Positions 10,226 to 18,685 of a DNA stretch of 44,087 nt are shown here, in pieces. The position numbers were made by a program, and so were the translations under genes. The notes under the pieces were generated by a model. It did not search any database. It worked only from the letters and a program-made list of their open reading frames with translations, and had not been told where the DNA came from. Source of the stretch: Candidatus Hermodarchaeota archaeon (lineage in GTDB: Archaea > Asgardarchaeota > Hermodarchaeia > Hermodarchaeales > Hermodarchaeaceae); NCBI GenBank assembly GCA_016839365.1, contig JAEOUH010000068.1, positions 1 through 44,087 of the forward strand, written 5' to 3'. Each line of letters begins with the position of its first letter. Within the stretch, counting starts at the first letter, position 1.

Positions 10226-10377
10226 CGATTATCCTCCCTGTCTGAAAATCCTAGCCTGCTCTGTGCTTTTTCAATGATTCCATCATTCTAATCGGCTAAT
10301 GAAGAAGGCGACTAAAATCGTGACTTTTTAAAATAAATAGAAGTTGCACCCTACATTGTACGGTTGGAGGTATTTAG

Positions 10378-11175
10378 GTGCAGGCACTACACATCACCGA
10401 AACCCGAGCGATAGTTCCCGTTACCCGGAAGCTGACCCAACTCCGTTATACAGTTGATGATTTAGCAGGTTCAACAGGAGCTGGCGAAGAAGAAACCTCC
10501 TCTCAAAGAGGGCAGCGTGGTCGAATGAGTGCACGACGGATTGGGCAACTTCTCCCTAATGCCACTTTACAAGTTCAGAAAGCCTCATCCGAATTCATCG
10601 AATTGAACCTTTCCTATGAACGCCTCGTTCGAATTCCCGAAATCAGCGGACGTCAAAGACGATATCGAACAGTTCCCTATTCTGTGACCTCACAAATATT
10701 GTGGAGGCCAGAAACAGGCTTCTGCTTCATCATGGATGTTCCCCGCCGGTCCGTTAGTGCAGCGACTTGGTTATTATCATCTGCAGTTCTCGGATATCCT
10801 GGGCGACTTAACTCGTATGACATTAATCGGACGAAGATGCGTAATATTATCCGTTATGTCACAGGTTCTTCAGATGGAGGACCAGGTGAATTAGTTCGAG
10901 CTGTCTTTCGAGGCGTTGAGTTCAACGGAACTAGCCTAGACGAAGTCAATCTTCGTGCCCATGATTTAGATAAATTGGATCTCTATAAGGATGTTCAAAA
11001 AAGCGCCGATTCCATTCACGCAATCAGTTTCATCACTCCTATCATAGAAGACATCGGGCGACCACTGGCATGCCGAATGGATGCAACCGGGGCAGTACAA
11101 ATCTATTCACAACGAATTGCGGATGAGACCCTCAAGGCCTTTCTACTATGGATTGAGGGTATGCTTGCGAAGTAA
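10378..11175 (+). CDS. Hypothetical globular alpha/beta protein
   Basis: 265-aa ORF, GGAGGT 5 nt before the GTG start, AT-rich TATA-like element upstream. Confidence 0.75.
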   Translation: MQALHITETRAIVPVTRKLTQLRYTVDDLAGSTGAGEEETSSQRGQRGRMSARRIGQLLPNATLQVQKASSEFIELNLSYERLVRIPEISGRQRRYRTVPYSVTSQILWRPETGFCFIMDVPRRSVSAATWLLSSAVLGYPGRLNSYDINRTKMRNIIRYVTGSSDGGPGELVRAVFRGVEFNGTSLDEVNLRAHDLDKLDLYKDVQKSADSIHAISFITPIIEDIGRPLACRMDATGAVQIYSQRIADETLKAFLLWIEGMLAK

Positions 11176-11265
11176 TCCATGCACAATAATTCCGCAATTG
11201 ACTTCCATTAAGCTTATTTGCCCTTGGTCGAACGTAAGGGACACCACCTCTTGAGGACATGGTCC

Positions 11266-12156
11266 ATGGTCTTAGTTACAAGTGGTACACCATCTAAATT
11301 CCTCGCTTGGAATGTCGCCCAAACGCTCAAAGCCGAGTACTTGAACACCGAAATCAAGCACTTCCCTGATGGTGAGACATACATTCGATTTCTTGGAGAT
11401 GTCACAAAAGAAGATGTCATTGTCATCCAATCCTTGGCTCTCAAACCCAACGATTATCTCATCGAACTCTTCCTCATGCTAGATGCCCTCAAAGATCTCA
11501 AAGCGAAACGTGTTGTCACCGTCTTACCTTATTTTGCTTATGCTCGACAGGATGAGCGCTTCAAGCCAGGCGAAGCTATTAGCCTAAAAACTGTAAGCAG
11601 ACTAATCGAAGCCGCTGGTTCAGATTATATCTATACAATCGACTCTCATCGGCACCGGGTTGTTGATCAAGATGAACTCACAACTGTTCCCCTACATGAT
11701 CTAAGTGCTATGGAAGAACTAGCGAAGTACATGAACAGCAAACATACGCTTCACAATCTCGCTGTCATTGGTCCTGATTCGGAGGCAGGGGCATGGGCAA
11801 AAATTGCTGCAGACGCCCTATCTGTGGATTACGATGCCCTCGTTAAGAAACGACACGACGCTGAAACCGTAGAAATTCAACCCCGTGAACTAAACCTCAA
11901 AGGACGGGACGTACTCATCGTCGACGACATCATCAGCACAGGAAACACCATTATCAAAGCCATTGACGTCTTGAAGAAAAATGGGGCCAAAGACGTCTAC
12001 GTTGCATGTACACATCCGCTCTTGGTCCTCAATGCATTGGTCCGAATATATGAGGCAGGCGCTCTCGATGTAGTCGGTACAGACACAGTGCCCTCAGGCA
12101 TAAGCCATGTTTCAGTTGCTCCCGTCATTGTTGATGCCCTAAAGAAGTTGAAATAA
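11266..12156 (+). CDS. prs: Ribose-phosphate pyrophosphokinase
   Basis: FPDGETYIR, PYFAYARQD, GEAIS, VDDIISTGNT, CTH, GTDT. Confidence 0.96.
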   Translation: MVLVTSGTPSKFLAWNVAQTLKAEYLNTEIKHFPDGETYIRFLGDVTKEDVIVIQSLALKPNDYLIELFLMLDALKDLKAKRVVTVLPYFAYARQDERFKPGEAISLKTVSRLIEAAGSDYIYTIDSHRHRVVDQDELTTVPLHDLSAMEELAKYMNSKHTLHNLAVIGPDSEAGAWAKIAADALSVDYDALVKKRHDAETVEIQPRELNLKGRDVLIVDDIISTGNTIIKAIDVLKKNGAKDVYVACTHPLLVLNALVRIYEAGALDVVGTDTVPSGISHVSVAPVIVDALKKLK

Positions 12157-12171
12157 CTGGTGAAATCTTGC

Positions 12172-12441
12172 ATGTCTAGCCCTCCACGAAAATTCTGGAA
12201 AGCACTCAAATGCCCAGTCTGTGGTGAACGTGCAGTATTTTACGTTACGATGGATGCAGTTAAGGATGCAACCCAATATCCTGTTCCATTCGAAGTTATA
12301 CACGAGGACCACAAATTCACAATATTTCTTGATTCGGGGTTGCTGATTAGCCGGATAGAGGAATTTCCAGCACCTCCCCAACCGGTAGTTACACAGCAAC
12401 GCAAATCCAAACAGAAAACCAAAAGCAAAAAGACTAAATAA
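12172..12441 (+). CDS. Small putative Zn-binding protein (CxxC...HxxH)
   Basis: CPVCG...IHEDHKFTIFLD, Lys-rich tail, GGTGA upstream of ATG 12172. Confidence 0.7.
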   Translation: MSSPPRKFWKALKCPVCGERAVFYVTMDAVKDATQYPVPFEVIHEDHKFTIFLDSGLLISRIEEFPAPPQPVVTQQRKSKQKTKSKKTK

Positions 12442-12447
12442 GGCATC

Positions 12448-12453
12448 TTTAAA
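12448..12453 (+). promoter_or_regulatory. Probable TATA element for tRNA-Gln
   Basis: TTTAAA just upstream of the tRNA; spacing to the mature 5' end is rather short. Confidence 0.35.
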
Positions 12454-12465
12454 TCCTTGCGCTGA

Positions 12466-12591
12466 AGCCCGTTAGTGTAGAATACTTCAAAGCGAGTATA
12501 CACCATGGTCAATCATCCGAGGCTCTGGACCCACTCATCATAGCGGAGGAGAAACCTTGGGACCGCGGTTCGAATCCGCGACGGGCTACCA
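12466..12591 (+). tRNA. trnQ: tRNA-Gln(CUG) with two introns (12481-12505 at 15/16; 12529-12553 at 37/38) and encoded CCA
   Basis: Acceptor AGCCCGT/ACGGGCT, D-arm GTG..TGGTCAAT..CAT, anticodon stem CGAGG/CCTTG around CT-CTG-GA, T-arm CGCGG-TTCGAAT-CCGCG; BHB-like pairing at both introns. Confidence 0.95.
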
Positions 12592-12609
12592 CTTTTCTTC
12601 TACAACAAA

Positions 12610-13158
12610 CTATCGGTCGAAGAATATATTCTTGCCCGTGACGGCTAGCGGAATTCCAATAATAATCGTGGAGTCGGGCATGAGGTTTAGTCCATATGCT
12701 GCGGCTCCAGCACGGAAGAATATCCGGTTATCAACATTATGGATTTGAGCAGTTTTCACAGCACTTCCCAAGGCAATGCCCATATCCAGTGCTTTGATGA
12801 TACAGGTAGGTCCGGCAAAAAAGTGCCCCTCTTTTCGTCCTGCCTTTAGCATCTGGCTACAATTTTCGTATCCACAAGCACCACATTGTGTGCCCAAAGC
12901 CTTTGGTCCCTTCAGCCCAATCAGAACTAATACGGCACAATCTTCAACATTTTTTGCATCGCGAGTCCAATGATCGTCAGGGGCATTTGACATCTTACGT
13001 AATTCCTTGGCAACAACATCCTTTTCATTCCCTGTCAAAATCATCGATTCAAGATCATCAATTCCTTTGCCCTTCGGTGCGGTTCGTGCTGCAAGCAGCA
13101 TCATTCTAGCAACATCGATGAGGGCTTTGGTTTCTTCTTCTGAGCCAGTAATTCGCAT
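12610..13158 (-). CDS. DUF2148-type ferredoxin-domain/nitroreductase-like protein
   Basis: AARTAPKGKG, CGACGYENC, GPTC, DMGIALGSAVK, VDNRI. Confidence 0.85.
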   Translation of the reverse strand: MRITGSEEETKALIDVARMMLLAARTAPKGKGIDDLESMILTGNEKDVVAKELRKMSNAPDDHWTRDAKNVEDCAVLVLIGLKGPKALGTQCGACGYENCSQMLKAGRKEGHFFAGPTCIIKALDMGIALGSAVKTAQIHNVDNRIFFRAGAAAYGLNLMPDSTIIIGIPLAVTGKNIFFDR

Positions 13159-13315
13159 AAGAACACCAGTTCCTGTGTGTTACCCTTTCTAATTTTAGGC
13201 TTTACCTTCGACGGGTTGTCTATAATTCATAAACCCGAAAGGCTAATTTTTGTTGTCTGTGCTGCTATGTACCATATTACATCGAACTAGGCAGAACCTC
13301 AGTGAGGAAGGGTAC

Positions 13316-14311
13316 TTGTCAAACGTACTTTGTCTATCAATTGGGACAGCAGCACTACTCGGACTCGTCCAGTGTAAATTAGATGCTCTACCGACAACAG
13401 CATACACCATGACCTATACAGAGTCACGCTGTAGCGCGAATTGCGCATTCTGTGCCCAGGCACGTAAAAGCCGTGCAAAGGCCAATCAGCTCTCACGGAT
13501 AACCTGGCCATCATATCCGCTTGACAAAATCATTAACGCCCTAATCGAACAAAATTCGAACCAGCCCTTTCAGCGTCTCTGTATCCAAACACTTTGCTAT
13601 CCAAATCTGTTCGAGAATCTGACACAGTTGGTTACTCTCTTCAGGAGCCATCTGCCAAATATTCCCCTATCCATTGCGCTCCCTCCTATGGAAGCAAAGC
13701 AGCTTCAAGCCCTCTACAATCAAGGCGTTGATCGTGTGGCAGTGTCGCTTGACGCTATTACTCCAAGATTGTTTAATGAAATCAAAGGCGCTGGAGTGAA
13801 AAGCCCTTTTTCTTGGAAGCATCATCTTCGCGCTTTAGGCATTGCACGATCGATTTTTGGACCGGGTCGGGCAACTACGCACCTCATCATTGGGTTGGGT
13901 GAAACAGAACGCCAAGCGGTTCATCTGATCCAACAGCTTGTCAACAAGTCCATCACCGTTGGACTATTCCCCTTCACACCGATTCCTGGAACCTCCTTAG
14001 CAAATCGAGAACGTCCAACACTTCAGCAATACCGTCGAATTCAACTAGCTCATCATTTGTTACAAAACCGACTTGTAACCTTGGATCAGATTCAGTACAA
14101 CTCAAGACAGGATATTACGAAATTTAATGTGCATCGAGAAATCCTAGCGGATATTATTGCACGAGGGAAGGCTTTTCAAACAGCAGGTTGCCCGTCATGT
14201 AATCGCCCTTTCTTTACAGAGCAACCCGGAGGCCCAATCTACAACTATCCAGAAGCGCCTACCGCGCATGTCCTTGAAGAAATCGCATATCAACTGGCAG
14301 GAGTTCTCTAA
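13316..14311 (+). CDS. lipS2: Radical SAM lipoyl synthase component LipS2
   Basis: CSANCAFCAQ plus the LipS2 signature TAGCPSCNRP; TTG start after GAGGAAGG (track start 13250). Confidence 0.88.
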   Translation: MSNVLCLSIGTAALLGLVQCKLDALPTTAYTMTYTESRCSANCAFCAQARKSRAKANQLSRITWPSYPLDKIINALIEQNSNQPFQRLCIQTLCYPNLFENLTQLVTLFRSHLPNIPLSIALPPMEAKQLQALYNQGVDRVAVSLDAITPRLFNEIKGAGVKSPFSWKHHLRALGIARSIFGPGRATTHLIIGLGETERQAVHLIQQLVNKSITVGLFPFTPIPGTSLANRERPTLQQYRRIQLAHHLLQNRLVTLDQIQYNSRQDITKFNVHREILADIIARGKAFQTAGCPSCNRPFFTEQPGGPIYNYPEAPTAHVLEEIAYQLAGVL

Positions 14312-14314
14312 TAC

Positions 14315-15112
14315 ATGGCCACACTGTGGCGCTTAATCCGCACCGGCATCTTCAACGCCTATGAAAACATGGCGATTGACCATGTTCTACTCGATGCATG
14401 CCATAAAGAAACCGCTGCTAACACAGTTCGATTCTATCGCTGGAACCCCTCCGCTGTCTCTATTGGACGATTTCAGCACCTCGAAGACGAAGTCGATGTG
14501 GATGCCTGTCGGAAGCTCAACGTTGACATCGTCCGGCGACTATCAAGTGGTGGCGCGGTGTACCATGATTTTGAAGGCGAACTCACCTACAGTATTATCT
14601 GTCGAACGCAAGATATGCAACTCTCGTCCGACGTTGTTGAAACTTACCAGCACCTATGCCAAGGACTTCTCATAGGGTTGAATCGGCTTGGTGTTAGTGC
14701 TAAGTACTCAGCTGGGTCAGAGAATTTTTGTCCCAACCTCTTTGTGAGGAAACGGAAAATCTCTGGAAATGCCCAATCCCGTCGTGGAAACACCTTACTT
14801 CAGCATGGCACGATCCTTCGTAAACTCGATTTTGTCAAGATGTTCACCGTCTTGAAGGTGAATAAACAAAAAGCCGATGAAATCATAATCAAGAAAGCAG
14901 TTAGTAGCCTAACCTCACTACAGCATGAACTCGGAACACCTCCACCCTTCGGCCAAATCGAAGAAGCCCTGATTGAAGGATTATCTGGCACATTACCGGC
15001 ACGGTTCTATGAAGAAGGTTTGACTGATGCTGAACTCCAATCTGCTCAAAAAATAGCCGAATCTTGGTACGCAAAGTCCGATTGGACATACCAACGGGGG
15101 CTAACGAAATGA
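14315..15112 (+). CDS. Lipoate/octanoate-protein ligase catalytic domain (LplA-N/LipM-like)
   Basis: NMAID, RFYRW, VSIGRFQ, VRRLSSGGAVYHD, KISGNAQ, LQHGTI. Confidence 0.92.
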   Translation: MATLWRLIRTGIFNAYENMAIDHVLLDACHKETAANTVRFYRWNPSAVSIGRFQHLEDEVDVDACRKLNVDIVRRLSSGGAVYHDFEGELTYSIICRTQDMQLSSDVVETYQHLCQGLLIGLNRLGVSAKYSAGSENFCPNLFVRKRKISGNAQSRRGNTLLQHGTILRKLDFVKMFTVLKVNKQKADEIIIKKAVSSLTSLQHELGTPPPFGQIEEALIEGLSGTLPARFYEEGLTDAELQSAQKIAESWYAKSDWTYQRGLTK

Positions 15113-16068
15113 GCTCCTTGAGTAAGGGAGCAAACAACCTACGTGACTGGTTCAGAGTGCCCTCCACAGAACTCATGGAACTATTCTCATATACCCAAAC
15201 CCTGACCGAAGAAGCTTTCAAACGGCAAATTACCATTTTCAATCCAGGTGCCGAATTTCCCTCTATTTCTATTACAGGCCATCAGTGCCAACTAAATTGT
15301 CAACATTGTGCCAAGCATTTCATTCAATCAATGCACCCGATTACAAACCCTCAGGAACTCATCACCTTTTGTGAAGAACTAGATCGCCGAGCAGCTGTCG
15401 GTTGCCTAATCAGTGGCGGCTGCGACGACACTGGCGCTATCCCTCTTACTCCCTTTTTACCCGCTCTAGCACACATCAAACACTCAACGAAACTTTTTCT
15501 GAATGTTCATACGGGATTCCTCACCGATTCTCAAGCAGCTGAACTATCTCAAACTGGAATAGACTGCGCATCGATTGATGTTGTAGGTGACGACTCAACG
15601 ATTCAGCTAGTCTATGGTTTGAAGCAACGAACCACAAAGGACTATTTCACAACTCTAGCAGCACTTCGAGCGCACAAGATTTCCACAGCACCTCACATTT
15701 GTGTGGGTCTCCATCATGGAAAACTAGTCGGTGAATTTGATGCCTTACAACTCATCAAGCAAACTATTGAACCTAGATTCCTTGTTATAATTGCCCTAAT
15801 GCCCACTAAAGGCACACCTATGAGTAATTGCCAACCTCCACACCCCTACGACATTGCCCGCGTCTGTGCCATCGCCCGGCTATTCTTCCCCAAAACGGAA
15901 ATCACCCTTGGCTGCATGCGACCCCGTGGCAGCATTCGGCGTCAAACGGAACAGCTCGCAATTCAGGCTGGGGTTACACGCCTTGTTCAACCTACCAGAG
16001 CTACGCTCCAATACCTGGAAAAAAATGGTTATACAATCAACAGGCAAAATGCCTGTTGTGTGATTTAG
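15109..16068 (+). CDS. lipS1: Radical SAM lipoyl synthase component LipS1
   Basis: CQLNCQHC, LISGG, GCMRP and terminal CC; ATGA overlap with the ligase stop. Confidence 0.88.
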   Translation: MSSLSKGANNLRDWFRVPSTELMELFSYTQTLTEEAFKRQITIFNPGAEFPSISITGHQCQLNCQHCAKHFIQSMHPITNPQELITFCEELDRRAAVGCLISGGCDDTGAIPLTPFLPALAHIKHSTKLFLNVHTGFLTDSQAAELSQTGIDCASIDVVGDDSTIQLVYGLKQRTTKDYFTTLAALRAHKISTAPHICVGLHHGKLVGEFDALQLIKQTIEPRFLVIIALMPTKGTPMSNCQPPHPYDIARVCAIARLFFPKTEITLGCMRPRGSIRRQTEQLAIQAGVTRLVQPTRATLQYLEKNGYTINRQNACCVI

Positions 16069-16095
16069 GCACTTGCTTCGAAGACGGTTTCAGGT

Positions 16096-16713
16096 TTACA
16101 CTTGTTCGCGTGAGATGTCAACGCCTTCACTGTTAATTATCGCTATCTGAATGGCGCCGCCTGACGCAATATCGCGCTTTCGAGCAGCACTGACAGCCCG
16201 TGTGACCAACTCTTTCCCTTCATCAATGGTCATATTATCACGATACTCATCTTCAAGAACACCATATGCTACGACTGATCCACTTCCTGTGGCCGTAAAT
16301 TCTTCCTCCTCCAACATACTGCCCAATGGATCAAGCATGTAAATGTGTCCTCCTTTTTTGTCAACACCACCAACGATAAGCATGGTGATTAAAGGAAACA
16401 TGCGGTTTCGAAATAGAATCGAGGATGTGAGTCGTGAAATCGCTTTAACTGTCAACTCCCGACCGGTCTCTAAAGCCTCTAGTTGGGCAATTGCGCGAAT
16501 ATTATTAGTGAGTTGCTGCGCATCGGCAACGGATCCTGAAATCGTCATTGCCGTATGATCTGTAATCTGCAGGATTTTAGGTGCCGTATCGCTTGCAACA
16601 AGGTAACCCATTGACGCTTGCGATTCAGTACCAAGAATCACCCCACCGTTTACTTTCACAGCAACAGTGGTCGTGTGAGACATTAAGCGATGATTATCAT
16701 TTTGTCCCATCAT
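16096..16713 (-). CDS. psmB: Proteasome beta subunit
   Basis: Propeptide then TTTVAV, Glu17, Lys33, ISGSVADAQ, ATGSGS, RDIASG. Confidence 0.95.
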   Translation of the reverse strand: MMGQNDNHRLMSHTTTVAVKVNGGVILGTESQASMGYLVASDTAPKILQITDHTAMTISGSVADAQQLTNNIRAIAQLEALETGRELTVKAISRLTSSILFRNRMFPLITMLIVGGVDKKGGHIYMLDPLGSMLEEEEFTATGSGSVVAYGVLEDEYRDNMTIDEGKELVTRAVSAARKRDIASGGAIQIAIINSEGVDISREQV

Positions 16714-16895
16714 GGCTGATAAAACCTCTAAATCAATGACTAATTGCCCACGAATATCCCTACCAATTTAAGTTTTCTTCTCTTTTTGGTTTCATCAAAA
16801 GCTTGTCACAATTTACTCATGGCGGCTGCTGGGTCAAAACATTTTTAGCTGGGTCCTTTCACGTCTCCAGCACTCAGCTTAATGGTGAACAAACC

Positions 16896-17606
16896 ATGGC
16901 GTTTCGACCAGAAATTCACGCTCCTCAAACGGGTGAAACTCGCCGAGGTCGGGGGTTTAGCCACTCTGAACTGAAAGATGCAGGTATCGCGCTAGCTGAT
17001 GCTCGCTGGATGGCAATCCCCATTGATGGCCGGCGTAAAACAAAACACCCTGAAAACGTTAAACTGCTAATGGATTTCGCTAAACGAATCAGCAAATTAA
17101 AAATCACTCCGAAGCCCCCAGTAGCTGAGAAACCAAAGCCAACTAAGGCTAAACCTAAACCTAAATCTAAACCTGAACCCGAGCCCAAGCCGATTGAAAC
17201 AGACTTGGCCACTCTTAGCGGCGTAACAAAGAAACTCTCCGAGAATCTTGTAGAGGCAGGGGTAAGGAATATTCATGATCTAGCAAGAACTTCACCCAGA
17301 CGCTTAGCGCGTATTACTGATTTGAAACGGGATCGTGCTGAAAAGCTCGTAGACGCTGCGAAACGATACGAACGAGAAAAGACCAAGGCCACACGTGAAG
17401 AGAAGACTAAAGAGCCTAAGATTAAGGAACTCAAAGATCTCCCCGAGATTAACCGTACTAATATCAGGCAACTCAAAGAGCTGGGTGTAGAGTCGCTCGA
17501 CGACCTTAAAGCCGAAAATCCCCGAGATCTATCATTGCTCACTGGTATTCCGGAAGCCCGCATCAAAGAATGGCGAAAAGAAATCCGTACCCAGGTTGAA
17601 GAATAG
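16896..17606 (+). CDS. rpl13e: Ribosomal protein eL13 fused to two C-terminal helix-hairpin-helix domains
   Basis: RRGRGFSHSELKDAG...IDGRRKTKHPENV, a Pro/Lys linker, then two RadA-N/NusA-AR-like HhH repeats. Confidence 0.85.
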   Translation: MAFRPEIHAPQTGETRRGRGFSHSELKDAGIALADARWMAIPIDGRRKTKHPENVKLLMDFAKRISKLKITPKPPVAEKPKPTKAKPKPKSKPEPEPKPIETDLATLSGVTKKLSENLVEAGVRNIHDLARTSPRRLARITDLKRDRAEKLVDAAKRYEREKTKATREEKTKEPKIKELKDLPEINRTNIRQLKELGVESLDDLKAENPRDLSLLTGIPEARIKEWRKEIRTQVEE

Positions 17607-17643
17607 CATCGGTTCAATCGCGGATTTGATTCAGTTCCCCTTT

Positions 17644-18624
17644 TTAGAGGTAAGGATTCCATGGAAATGCTTGTTCTGTGGAATACCATCCAAACTCACG
17701 ATACAATATTGCGATAGCTCCTTGCGGCGGGATAACGCCCCGCTCGGTGATGATGGCATCTATGTATTCTGGAGGCGTGACATCAAATGCAGGATTACGA
17801 ACACTCACATGTTTCCACTCTGCAAGCTTTTCTTTCGAAACGACTTCTGAGATATCCCGTTCTTCAATTTCTACTAGCTCACCTGCCATTGTGGCGGGGC
17901 TGAACTTGTAACTTTCAGCAGCGACCAAGAAGTCCAATCGAGCTTCATCAGCGGCTAATGCGACTAAACTGGTTCCGATCTTATTCACTACTGCACCGTT
18001 GGCCGTAATCGCATCAGCTCCCACAAATACCTTATCAGATCGTGCAATTAAGTACCGGATGGAATTATCCGTTATTAACGAACAGGGGATTCCTGCTTCA
18101 TCTAGCCAGGTAGCAGTAATATGCCCCTGATATTTCGGTCGGGTCTCGGGCACGAAGACACTGAACTCCTTCCCCATCGAATAGGCGGTTTTTAGGACAC
18201 TGAAGGCTGTGGCGCTGTTACAGTATGTAAAGATGATATCTCCATCCTGGATTAGCCGTGAACCAATTTGCCCTATGGTCTTCACTGCATTATTTGACAT
18301 CTCGATGAAGCCTTCGCCAATTTTTACACTAGCCTCTCTTAGCGCGTCAATGCCCTGAGCTTCTTCAAGCCGGTTGAGTAGTCTGGTGTAAAAATAGCTC
18401 AACGCATTAGGTAATGAGACTGCGGTCGGTCTTGTTTCATAGAGTAACTGAGCCGCAACAGCTATGTCGCGAAGAAATGAGGGAACATGTCTTGCCTTGG
18501 ACTCCTGTGCAGCAATAACTAGCCCCTTGGCCGCTGCACGGGCGATACGTCCTGCCCCACGCGTACGCATTGACTGAATATCCTCAGCGATTTTCTGAGT
18601 TTCAGGAGGAATTAATGCCATCAC
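17644..18624 (-). CDS. Ribose-1,5-bisphosphate isomerase (eIF2B family)
   Basis: MRTRGAGRIA, RPTAVSL, TYCNS (catalytic Cys), ETRPKYQG, VGADAI (catalytic Asp), NKIGT, NPAFDVTP. Confidence 0.9.
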   Translation of the reverse strand: MMALIPPETQKIAEDIQSMRTRGAGRIARAAAKGLVIAAQESKARHVPSFLRDIAVAAQLLYETRPTAVSLPNALSYFYTRLLNRLEEAQGIDALREASVKIGEGFIEMSNNAVKTIGQIGSRLIQDGDIIFTYCNSATAFSVLKTAYSMGKEFSVFVPETRPKYQGHITATWLDEAGIPCSLITDNSIRYLIARSDKVFVGADAITANGAVVNKIGTSLVALAADEARLDFLVAAESYKFSPATMAGELVEIEERDISEVVSKEKLAEWKHVSVRNPAFDVTPPEYIDAIITERGVIPPQGAIAILYREFGWYSTEQAFPWNPYL

Positions 18625-18685
18625 TCATCGCCGAGGCATTTAATACACAATCAAGGTATTAATGCTGTCATGGAGGCGGTACACA

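Noticed and set aside
17150-17192. 6-bp tandem repeat AAACCT
   Set aside because: Simply encodes the KP/EP linker
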